A stretch of 64,000 nt of DNA, from contig JAHCAU010000012.1 of NCBI GenBank assembly GCA_019634715.1, positions 47,491 to 111,490 on the forward strand, in the 5' to 3' direction. This document shows, piece by piece, positions 39,475-48,460 of the stretch. Position 1 is the stretch's first letter. Every line of letters starts with the position of its first letter. Below the pieces are notes generated by a model. It made no database searches. It saw only the letters and a list, made by a program, of their open reading frames with translations, and was not told the origin of the DNA. A program made the position numbers and the translations under genes. Origin of the DNA: Lysobacter sp. (lineage in GTDB: Bacteria; Pseudomonadota; Gammaproteobacteria; Xanthomonadales; Xanthomonadaceae).

Positions 39475-39834
39475 ATGCCCGGATACCTGCTGCACGTGAA
39501 CGCCGCGATGACCTGCCAGCACGTGGCGGGACAGGCCAGGATCGCGCCGGTGCAGACGCGCGTGATGGTGAGCGCGCAGCCGGTCGCGACCATTCCGCCA
39601 GGCGCACCGACCATCGCGGTCGCCGGTTGTCCGTTCACGCTGCCCAACGGCAAGCCGCAGCCGTGCGTGACGGTGCGCTGGAGCATGCCGACCTCGCGGG
39701 TGATGGTGATGGGCCTGCCGGCGATGGTGGCCGCCAATCCAGGGCCCGGACCCGGGATCTGCCAGAGCGCGGAACAGATTCCGCAGGGTGCGCCAGTCGT
39801 CGGCGCGATGCAGGCGCGCGTGTTCGCGATGTGA
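39475..39834 (+). CDS. PAAR-like (DUF4280-type) spike tip
   Basis: AAMTCQH, VAGCPF, PCVTVRW and GICQ give a Cys/His metal-binding pattern. Follows the spike gene. Confidence 0.75.
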   Translation: MPGYLLHVNAAMTCQHVAGQARIAPVQTRVMVSAQPVATIPPGAPTIAVAGCPFTLPNGKPQPCVTVRWSMPTSRVMVMGLPAMVAANPGPGPGICQSAEQIPQGAPVVGAMQARVFAM

Positions 39835-39848
39835 GCGAGACGAGGAGA

Positions 39849-40211
39849 ATGGCGATGGACATCGATTTCCCCTTCCATGTCGACGGCCGCGGACGCAGCG
39901 CGGACGCCGACTACGCGCATCACGTGCGCGACATGATCGAGCAGCTGGTGTTCACGCATCCTGGCGAGCGCGTGAACCGGCCTGATTTCGGCAGCGGCCT
40001 GCTGCAGCTGGTCTTCGCGGCGAACAGCCCCGAACTCGCCGCGACGGTGCAGTTCACCCTGCAGGCGGCGCTGCAGCGCTGGCTGCAGGACGTCATCGAG
40101 CTGCGCGCGCTGGAGGTGACGGCCGACGACGCGACGGTGAACGTGCGGGTGTCCTACCTGCTGCTGCGCACCCGCGAGGACGTGGAAGCCACCTTCATCC
40201 GGTCGATCTGA
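39849..40211 (+). CDS. GPW/gp25 baseplate wedge protein
   Basis: IDFPF...HVRDMIEQLVFTHPGERVNRPDFGSGL...VQFTLQAALQRWL. Confidence 0.93.
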   Translation: MAMDIDFPFHVDGRGRSADADYAHHVRDMIEQLVFTHPGERVNRPDFGSGLLQLVFAANSPELAATVQFTLQAALQRWLQDVIELRALEVTADDATVNVRVSYLLLRTREDVEATFIRSI

Positions 40212-40255
40212 GCGCGGTGCGCGGCGGGCCGTAGACGAAACAGGAGGAACACGAC

Positions 40256-42775
40256 ATGGCGATCAGTTGTTGCAGCGATTCCAGACGCGATGCCGTGCGC
40301 AGGTTCGGCGGACGCACCGGCCTCGATTACGTCGAAGTCTCCGACGACCAGCGCACGCTGCATGCGTTCTTCCTCGGCAAGCTGCCGCCGGAATTCGCCG
40401 AAGACCACGCTACGCTGCCGGACCTGCTGCGGATCGAGGGCGGAAGCCGGATCAGCGGCATCCGCATCGTCGACGTGGACCCGCATGTCAGCGACGATCC
40501 CGAACTGGACGATTGGCTGGTCGTCCGTCTGGATCGCCACGGCGACCATTCGCGATATGCGCTGCGTCTGGTCGACGTGGAGAACGTCGATCCGATGTAT
40601 GCGTCGGTCGAGTTCTCGTTCAAGGTCGGCTGCCCGTCCGACCTGGACTGCAAGCCGGTCGATGTCTGCATCGAAGCGCCGCCGGACGAACCGGAGCTCC
40701 ACTATCTGGCGAAGGACTACGCCAGCTTCAAGCGCCTGATCGAGGACCGGCTGGCGCTGGTGTCGCCAGCGTGGGCCGAGCGCCATGTCCCCGACCTGGG
40801 CGTCACCCTGGTCGAACTGCTCGCCTACACCGGCGACTACCTCAGCTACTACCAGGACGCGGTCGCGACCGAGGCCTACCTCGACACCGCGCGCCAGCGC
40901 ATCTCGGTCCGTCGCCACGCGCGCCTGGTCGATTACCGCCTGCATGAAGGCTGCAACGCGCGCGCCTGGGTCACGATCGAGACTTCCGAGACATGGAAGC
41001 CGGCGGCACACACGCTGCGCTTCCTCGGCGGCATCGATCCGGAGGCGTCCGTACCGTCGCTGATCGGGCCGGCATTGTGGGCCGAGATCGGTGCGACGAC
41101 GCGCGCCGCGATCTTCGAGCCGGTGGTCGATGCGCCGGATGCCGTCCTGCACTGGCGCCCCGCGCACAACCGCATCGGGTTCCACGACTGGGGGCGCGAC
41201 GACTGCTGCCTGCCGAAAGGTGCGACACGCGCGACCCTGCGCGATGCCTGGGCCGGCGAAGGCGACGAACGCGCGCTCGCGCTCTCGCCGGGCGACGTGC
41301 TGGTGTTCCGCGAAGTGCGCGGCGCGCGCAGCGGCCTGGAATCCGATGCGAATCCGGAGCGCGTCTGCGCGGTGCGGCTGACCCGGGTCGCGCCCGCGAT
41401 CGATCCGCTGCCGTCGGGCCAGGCATCTGATGAGGGCGTGGGCGAGGATGCGCGGCCGACGCCGATCGTCGAGATCGAATGGCATCCCGCCGATGCGCTG
41501 CCGTTCCCGCTCTGCCTCTCGGCGCTCGGCCCCGCGCCGGACTGCGCGCGCCTGCGCGACATCTCCGTCGCGTTCGGCAACGTCGTGCTCGTCGATCACG
41601 GCGAGCGCCTGTCGCCGGAGCAGCTGGGGACGGTGCCGACCACCCGCGACGAAGCGACATGCGTATGCGAAGGCACGCCCTCGACGACCGTGGCGCGCTC
41701 CGCGCGCACGCGCTGGCGGCTCGCGCAGATGCCGGTGACGCATCGCGGCGCCTTGCCGTCCGCGACCACGCCCGCGCGCGACAGCGTCGCGCAGGATCCG
41801 CGGGCGGCGCTGGCGCAGCTGTCGCTGAGCGACGACGGCAACGGGCACTGGACGCCGGTGTTCGACCTGCTGTCGAGCCGTGCCGAAGATCGCCACGTCG
41901 TCGTCGAGGTCGACGACGACGGCAGCGCCTGCCTGCGGTTCGGCGACGGCGAGATGGGGCGTCGCCCGGATGCCGGGACGTCGGTGGCCGCGCACTACCG
42001 CATCGGCAACGGCCACGCGGGCAATGTCGGCGCCGGCGCGATCAACCGCCTGCTTTCGAGCACGGAGATCGATGGCATCGCACTGAAGATCGACAACCCG
42101 ATGGCCGCTCGCGGCGGTACGGAACCCGAGTCGCTGGCGGAAGCGCGGCTCTACGCGCCGACGCAGTTCCGCAAGACCCTGCTGCGTGCGATCACCGCCG
42201 ACGACTACGCGGCCATCGCGATGCGCGATGCGCGCGTGCAGCGCGCCTCCTGCGAACTGGTGTGGACCGGAAGCTGGTACGAGGCCGATGTCGCGCTCGA
42301 TCCCGTCGGCCGCATCCCGGCCGACGAGGCCTTGATCGGCGACGTGGCGCGGTCGCTGGAAAAGGTGCGGCGCATGGGCCACGACCTGCATGTCGAACCG
42401 GCCGTGTACGTGCCGATCGAACTCGCGCTGGAGGTCTGCGCCTTGCCGGGCTACGAGCGCGGCGCGATCAAGGCCGCGCTGCTCGATCGTTTCGGCAACC
42501 GGCGCCTGGCCAATGGCGAACTGGGCTGGTTCCATCCCGATCGCCTGAGTTTCGGCGACGACATCCGCCTCAGTCGCATCGTCGCCGAGGCGATGGCGGT
42601 GCCCGGCGTCGAATGCGTGCGGGTGACGCGCCTGCACCGCCGGTTCCACGCGCCGAACCACGAGATCGAGAACGGCCTGCTGCCGCTGGCCGCGCACGAG
42701 ATCGCGCGCCTCGACAACGACCCCAACCATCCGGAATTCGGAACGCTGTCGATCACGGTCGGAGGCGGACGATGA
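40256..42775 (+). CDS. Baseplate J/gp6-like wedge protein 1
   Basis: YLAKDYASFKRL, DLGVTLVELLAY, YYQDAVATEAYLDTARQRISV, RFGDGEMGRRP, YRIGNG and RAITADDY. Confidence 0.88.
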   Translation: MAISCCSDSRRDAVRRFGGRTGLDYVEVSDDQRTLHAFFLGKLPPEFAEDHATLPDLLRIEGGSRISGIRIVDVDPHVSDDPELDDWLVVRLDRHGDHSRYALRLVDVENVDPMYASVEFSFKVGCPSDLDCKPVDVCIEAPPDEPELHYLAKDYASFKRLIEDRLALVSPAWAERHVPDLGVTLVELLAYTGDYLSYYQDAVATEAYLDTARQRISVRRHARLVDYRLHEGCNARAWVTIETSETWKPAAHTLRFLGGIDPEASVPSLIGPALWAEIGATTRAAIFEPVVDAPDAVLHWRPAHNRIGFHDWGRDDCCLPKGATRATLRDAWAGEGDERALALSPGDVLVFREVRGARSGLESDANPERVCAVRLTRVAPAIDPLPSGQASDEGVGEDARPTPIVEIEWHPADALPFPLCLSALGPAPDCARLRDISVAFGNVVLVDHGERLSPEQLGTVPTTRDEATCVCEGTPSTTVARSARTRWRLAQMPVTHRGALPSATTPARDSVAQDPRAALAQLSLSDDGNGHWTPVFDLLSSRAEDRHVVVEVDDDGSACLRFGDGEMGRRPDAGTSVAAHYRIGNGHAGNVGAGAINRLLSSTEIDGIALKIDNPMAARGGTEPESLAEARLYAPTQFRKTLLRAITADDYAAIAMRDARVQRASCELVWTGSWYEADVALDPVGRIPADEALIGDVARSLEKVRRMGHDLHVEPAVYVPIELALEVCALPGYERGAIKAALLDRFGNRRLANGELGWFHPDRLSFGDDIRLSRIVAEAMAVPGVECVRVTRLHRRFHAPNHEIENGLLPLAAHEIARLDNDPNHPEFGTLSITVGGGR

Positions 42776-42851
42776 TCCCGCATCCGATGATTCCGCATCG
42801 CCACGGTTTCGGACACGCGCATCGGCGCGCACTTCGCCAGGGAGCCGCATC

Positions 42852-45800
42852 ATGAGCGTCTGCCACCATTGCGGCTGCGATGCCGCGCGCTGCGGCTGCT
42901 GCGACGGCATCACCACGATGACGCCGGTGCCGCTCGACAATCCACCGGGGCAGCCGGCGCTGCGCTACCGCGTCGGCACCCACGGCCGCTTTCTCGCCAG
43001 CATGCAGGCGCGCCTGCCGCTGGTCGAAGTGATCGCGCCGGGCAGCGACCACCAGACGCTGGAACGCTTCCGGCCGCTGCGCACGCTGACCACGCGCGAT
43101 CCGGCCGATCCGGCCATCGCCATCCTCGATGCCTGGGCCATGGTCGGCGATGTCCTGAGCTTCTATCAGGAGCGCATCGCCAACGAAGGCTACGTGCGCA
43201 CCGCCACCGAGCGCCGTTCGCTGGTGGAACTGTCGCGGCTGGTCGGTTATGCGCCGCGCCCGGGCGTGTCGTCCAGCGTCTTCCTGTCCTATCTGGTGGA
43301 CGACAACCAGCACGATCCGGTCGAGATCCCGGTCGGCACGCGCTCGCAGAGCATCCCGGGTCCCGACGAATCGCCGCAGTTCTTCGAGACTTCCGAGCCG
43401 CTGTGGGCGCGGCGCGAATGGAACGACCTGCAGGTGCGCACGCAGCGGCCGCAGCGCATCACGCTGGGTACGTCCGCGCAGCCCGGCACCATCGCGACCG
43501 TCGAGAGGCTGCACGTCGCCGGGACCGACACCGGCGTGCAGCCCGGCGATCTGCTGCTGTTCCGCTTCGGCGCCAGCGAGGCCACGGCGGTGCACTGGGT
43601 GCGCAAGGCGGCCGGTGTCGTGCCGGACTTCGTGGCCGGGCGAACGGCGATCGCATTGCAGCCGCTGCATTGGCTGGTGACGTTCGCGTTGCCGCTGCTC
43701 GCCAGGCTCGTCGTCGCACTGGCGCCAGCGGCCGGCCGCGACTCCGGCGCGGCGAATGCGCTGGTGAATGCGGCGGAGCTGCTCGCGAACGTGCGGCTCG
43801 GCGTGGCGCCGCCGGCGATGGCATGGATGTCTCTGGTCACCGATCAGGCCGGCGTCGAGGATGAGGAAGCCATCGACCTGATCCAGGATTTCGGCAAGGC
43901 GATCGAGGAGCGCGCCGGCGACGGTCCGGATGCGCCGCCGCCGGCCACGTCGTCGCCGGATGCCTTCGCCGAATCGCTGCTGCTGCCGCCGGTCGAACAG
44001 GCCGCGAACAGCCTGCGATTGCAGCGCGGTCTGGCGCAGTCCTTCGATCGCGGCTCGGATCTGCAGCCGCAGCTGCTCGTGGACTTCGCACCGGGATTGA
44101 AGACGAACTACTACACCGCTTGGCGCGGGACCCAGCTAGACAAGAACGCCATTCCGCTGCCGCTGGACAGCATCCATGTGCTGCGCGGTGGCGAACTGCT
44201 GTTCGGCGCGACCGCAGGCCTGGAAACCAAAGTGGCGAACGACGTGGTGAGCTATCACGAGTGGCTGTACGTGCAGGACGAGACCGAGACCAACGCTTTC
44301 CTCGCGCGTGCCGACGATCTGCTGGCGGCGGGCGATCTGATCCTCGTGCAGCAGCCGACCGGCAACGAGAACATGCCGTTCCGGCGCATGGTGCGCCGCG
44401 CCGCGTCCGTGCACACCGCGCCGCGCACCGCGTACGGGATCTCCGCCGATGCCACGCGCATCGAGTTCGGACCACCGGAATGGCGCGAGGTCGAGCACGA
44501 CAAGGGGCGCCACCAGATTTCGTCGCTGCGTCAGACCCGGCTGCATCCGCAGAAGGCGCTGCTGACGCTGGTCGAGGAGCCGATCCTCGGCGACGTGTCC
44601 GGCCAGGAAGTCGAACTCGCGCCGCTGCACGAAGCGCTGGTGTCCGGGCGCTGGGTGGTGTTCGAAGGCGAACGCGCCGACATACCCGGTGTCGACGGCG
44701 TGCAGGCCAGCGAGCTGCTGATGATCGCCAGCCTGATCCACGGCCACGACAGCACGCTGCCCGGCGACCGCATCCACACCACGCTGCGCCTGGCGACGTC
44801 CACGACCTACGTCTACAAGCGCGAGACCCTGCGCATCCGCGCGAACGTCGTGCCCGCCAGTCATGGCGAAACCCGGAGGGAAGTGCTGGGCAGCGGCGAC
44901 GCCACCCGCGCGCTGCCGCGCTTCGAACTGAAACAGCCGCCGCTGACCTGGCGCCCGGCGCCCACCGCCGCCGGCGCAGCGAGCACGCTGAAGGTGCGCG
45001 TGAACGAGGTCGAGTGGCGCGAAGTCGACAGCCTCGCCGGGCTCGGCCCGCACGACCGCGTGTTCGCCACCCGCACCGGTGACGACGACAGGACGACCGT
45101 GTTCTTCGGCAACGGCGAGCAGGGCGCGCGCCCGCCGACCGGGTTCGAGAACCTCCGCGCCGAATACCGCAGCGGCATCGGCAAGGGCGGCAACGTCCGC
45201 GCCGGCCAGATCGGCCTGATGATCACCCGACCGCTCGGCGTGAAGGAGGTCGTCAACCCGGTCGCCGCATCCGGCGGCGCCGACCGCGAAGCCGCCGAGC
45301 TGATCCGCGAGAACGCCCCGCGTTCGGTGATCGCGCTCGACCGACTGGTGTCGCTGTCGGACTACGCGGACTTCACCCGCATGTACGCCGGCATCGCCAA
45401 GGCCGACGCGGTGCGGATCAGCGATGGCCTCGGCGAGATGGTGCACATCACCATCGCCGGTGTCGACGACATCGCCATCGATGAGACGTCGGACCTCCAT
45501 CGCAACCTGCTCGCGTCGCTGCGTGCGCTCGGCGACCCGGCGCTGCCGGTGCGCGTGAGCCAGCGCGAGCGGATCGCGCTGGCGCTGGAGGCGCGCATCC
45601 GCCTGCTCGACGGCCATCGCTGGGAACCGGTGGTCGCGGCGGTGCGCGCGCGCCTGCTCGACCGCTTCGGCTTCCATCGTCGTGCGCTGGGACAGCCGGC
45701 GCTGCTGTGCGAGATCGTCGCCGCGATCCAGTCGGTGCACGGTGTCGACTACGTGGATGTCGACAACTTCGGCGGCATTCCAGAGCGGGTGGTCGACGCC

Positions 45801-46076
45801 GCCACCGGCAGGCGCGCATTGCTCACGCAGGACCAGGTGACCGCGTTCGTCGACGCCATCGTGGGACGCCTGGACGGCGACGACAAGCACAACGGCCTCG
45901 CAGCGGGCAGCGCATCGTCGTGGATGCTGTGGGGCGTGCCGATCCCGGGCGAACGCCCCGCGCAGCGCGTCGATGCCGGTCGCGCCGCGTTCGAGCAGGG
46001 CGTGCTGCGTCCAGCGCAACTGGCGATCTTCACGCCGGCGGTCGCCGACACCCTGATCCTCAATCAACGCCACTGA
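42852..46076 (+). CDS. Baseplate J/gp6-like wedge protein 2
   Basis: LRYRVGTHGRF, DPAIAILDAWA, FYQERIANEGYVRTATERRS, FGNGEQGARPPTG, YRSGIG and DRLVSLSDY. Confidence 0.88.
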   Translation: MSVCHHCGCDAARCGCCDGITTMTPVPLDNPPGQPALRYRVGTHGRFLASMQARLPLVEVIAPGSDHQTLERFRPLRTLTTRDPADPAIAILDAWAMVGDVLSFYQERIANEGYVRTATERRSLVELSRLVGYAPRPGVSSSVFLSYLVDDNQHDPVEIPVGTRSQSIPGPDESPQFFETSEPLWARREWNDLQVRTQRPQRITLGTSAQPGTIATVERLHVAGTDTGVQPGDLLLFRFGASEATAVHWVRKAAGVVPDFVAGRTAIALQPLHWLVTFALPLLARLVVALAPAAGRDSGAANALVNAAELLANVRLGVAPPAMAWMSLVTDQAGVEDEEAIDLIQDFGKAIEERAGDGPDAPPPATSSPDAFAESLLLPPVEQAANSLRLQRGLAQSFDRGSDLQPQLLVDFAPGLKTNYYTAWRGTQLDKNAIPLPLDSIHVLRGGELLFGATAGLETKVANDVVSYHEWLYVQDETETNAFLARADDLLAAGDLILVQQPTGNENMPFRRMVRRAASVHTAPRTAYGISADATRIEFGPPEWREVEHDKGRHQISSLRQTRLHPQKALLTLVEEPILGDVSGQEVELAPLHEALVSGRWVVFEGERADIPGVDGVQASELLMIASLIHGHDSTLPGDRIHTTLRLATSTTYVYKRETLRIRANVVPASHGETRREVLGSGDATRALPRFELKQPPLTWRPAPTAAGAASTLKVRVNEVEWREVDSLAGLGPHDRVFATRTGDDDRTTVFFGNGEQGARPPTGFENLRAEYRSGIGKGGNVRAGQIGLMITRPLGVKEVVNPVAASGGADREAAELIRENAPRSVIALDRLVSLSDYADFTRMYAGIAKADAVRISDGLGEMVHITIAGVDDIAIDETSDLHRNLLASLRALGDPALPVRVSQRERIALALEARIRLLDGHRWEPVVAAVRARLLDRFGFHRRALGQPALLCEIVAAIQSVHGVDYVDVDNFGGIPERVVDAATGRRALLTQDQVTAFVDAIVGRLDGDDKHNGLAAGSASSWMLWGVPIPGERPAQRVDAGRAAFEQGVLRPAQLAIFTPAVADTLILNQRH

Positions 46077-46092
46077 CCCGGAGACCGACGCC

Positions 46093-48441
46093 ATGGCCAC
46101 CGAGCAGATCGTCGACGCCGCCGGTATCGATCCGCGCATCGATCGCCTCTACCGCAACCTGCCTGCGATCCACCGCATCAGGGATGCCGAGCTCGGCTAC
46201 CCGCTGCAGGCCCTGCTGCGGGCGATCGCCGAGCAGGTGAACATCGTCGAGGACGACATCGCGCGCCTGTACGACAACTGGTTCATCGAGACCGCCGACG
46301 ACTGGGCCGTGCCCTACATCGCCGATCTGCTGGGCTATCGCCCGGTGCCGGAGGCGGGTGCGTCCGCGCGCGGCACCGATGCCGCCGGGCGGGCGCTCAA
46401 CCGCGTGCTGGTGCCGCGCCGCGAGGTCGCGCAGCTGATCCGCAGCCGGCGTCGCAAGGGCACCATCGCGCTGCTGGAGGATCTCGCGTTCGATGTCGCC
46501 GGCTGGCCGGCCCGCGCGGTCGAGTGCTTCCGGCGGCTCGATCGCGCGCAGCACCTCAACCACCCGCATTACCAGCGTCTCGGCACCGCGTCGATGAACG
46601 CGATGGCGGCGCTGGACATGATCGGTTCGCCCTTCGACCTGCACGCGCACAGCGCCGATGTCCGCCGTGCGAACTCGCGGCATCGCCAGGGGGGGCACGG
46701 CATTCCGGGCGTCGGCGTGTTCGTCTGGCGACTGCGCAGCCATCCGGTGACGCGCACGCCGGCGTACTGCGCCGAGGACATCGGCGCGCACTGCTTCACC
46801 TTCAGCGTGCTCGGCCAGGACGCGCCGCTCTACCGCAAGCCGGTGGCGGAACCCTGCGACAGCCATCTCGCCGAGGAAGCGAACCTGCCGGTGCCGATCC
46901 GTCGACGCGCGCTCGAGGCGGACCTCGCCGCCGAGGCGCCGACCCTCTACGGCGAAGGTCGCAGCCTCGCGATCTGGGCCGACCAGTGGGGCGGCCACGA
47001 TGGCGCACGGCCGCTGCCGGCATCGGTGCTGATCGCCGCGGATCTCGGCGACTGGCGCTACACGCCGAAGCGCGGACGCGTCGCGGTCGACCCGGTGCTC
47101 GGGCGCATCAAGTTCCCGCCGGGCCAGTTGCCCAAGCGTGGCGTGCGCGTCAGCTACCACTACGGCTTTCCCGCCGACATGGGTGGCGGCGAGTATCCGC
47201 GCGACCTGCATGCGTGGACGGCGCACGAGATCGAGTTCGAGGCGGTGAAGGCGGAGGCCGATCCCGCGGCCTGGCGCGCGCGCCTCGATGCCGAACCGGA
47301 CGCGACGATCGTCTATCCCGTCGGCGAGGACACCCCGATGCCGCGCATCGGCGATGCCCTGCGCCAGTGGCGCGAGGACATGCCCAGGCACGCGATCGTC
47401 GAGCTGCGCAACAGCGGCGTGTGGGTCGAACCGATCCACGTCCGCATGCGCCCCGGCCAGACACTGTCGCTGCGCGCGGCCAGCGGCGTGCGCCCGGTGA
47501 TCCGCCTGATCGACTGGCAGACCGACCTGCCCGACGCGCTGACGGTGGAGCTGGAACGCGGCAGCCGCTTCGAACTGGATGGCCTGATCGTGACCGGCCG
47601 GCCGGTGCATGTGTCCGCACCGCGCGAGCCGACGCTCTACGCCGCGCAGGCCGCCACCACGCCGGCCTGCGGCGGCGAGTTGGTGATCCGCCATTGCACG
47701 CTGGTGCCGGGCTGGGGCATCGGCTGCGACTGCGCACCGGAACGCCCTGCGGAGCCGAGCCTCGAACTGCACAGGGTGCAGGCGCGCGTGCGCATCGAGC
47801 ACAGCATCCTCGGCTCGATCCAGGTGCATCAGGACGAAGTGCGCAGCGATCCGATCGCGCTGTCGATCGCCGACAGCATCGTCGATGCCGCCGACAACGA
47901 GGACGAAGCGATCGGCGCGGCGACGACCGCCGTCGCCCATGTCGTGCTCACCGCGCTGCGCAGCACCTTCTTCGGCACGGTGGAGGTGCATGCGGTCCAG
48001 CTTGCCGAGAACAGCATCTTCAACGACTGCCTCAACGTCGCGCGGCGCCAGGTCGGCTGCATGCGCTTCAGCTACGTCTGCCGTCATTGCCGAACGCCCA
48101 GGCGCTATCGCTGCCAGCCCGACGTGGCGGTGGCGGATGCGGTGGCGAACGTGCGTGCGCGCAAGCTGCCCGCGGCGGACGAGGCGCTGGCGGTCGCGCA
48201 GGCCACCGCGCAGGCCGCGGAGCGCGTGCGCCCGCATTACCAGTCCCGCCGTTACGGCGGGCCCGGTTACGCCCGGCTCGCCGTCGACTGCCCGCAGGAG
48301 ATCCGGCGCGGTGCCGACGACGCGTCCGAGATGGGCGTCCACCACGATCTGTACCAGCCGCAGCGCGAGACCAACCTCCGCGCGCGGATCGACGAATACA
48401 CGCCGGCCGGAATGACGGTCGGACTCTTCCTTGCCGACTGA
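46093..48441 (+). CDS. gp7 / P2 tail-I-like wedge protein with a C-terminal beta-helix-like region
   Basis: RLYRNLPAIHRIRD...LYDNWFIETADDWAVPYIADLLG, RRRKGT, VAVDPVLGRI and SEMGVHHDL. Confidence 0.75.
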   Translation: MATEQIVDAAGIDPRIDRLYRNLPAIHRIRDAELGYPLQALLRAIAEQVNIVEDDIARLYDNWFIETADDWAVPYIADLLGYRPVPEAGASARGTDAAGRALNRVLVPRREVAQLIRSRRRKGTIALLEDLAFDVAGWPARAVECFRRLDRAQHLNHPHYQRLGTASMNAMAALDMIGSPFDLHAHSADVRRANSRHRQGGHGIPGVGVFVWRLRSHPVTRTPAYCAEDIGAHCFTFSVLGQDAPLYRKPVAEPCDSHLAEEANLPVPIRRRALEADLAAEAPTLYGEGRSLAIWADQWGGHDGARPLPASVLIAADLGDWRYTPKRGRVAVDPVLGRIKFPPGQLPKRGVRVSYHYGFPADMGGGEYPRDLHAWTAHEIEFEAVKAEADPAAWRARLDAEPDATIVYPVGEDTPMPRIGDALRQWREDMPRHAIVELRNSGVWVEPIHVRMRPGQTLSLRAASGVRPVIRLIDWQTDLPDALTVELERGSRFELDGLIVTGRPVHVSAPREPTLYAAQAATTPACGGELVIRHCTLVPGWGIGCDCAPERPAEPSLELHRVQARVRIEHSILGSIQVHQDEVRSDPIALSIADSIVDAADNEDEAIGAATTAVAHVVLTALRSTFFGTVEVHAVQLAENSIFNDCLNVARRQVGCMRFSYVCRHCRTPRRYRCQPDVAVADAVANVRARKLPAADEALAVAQATAQAAERVRPHYQSRRYGGPGYARLAVDCPQEIRRGADDASEMGVHHDLYQPQRETNLRARIDEYTPAGMTVGLFLAD

Positions 48442-48460
48442 AGCCGAAAGGGACGCAACC

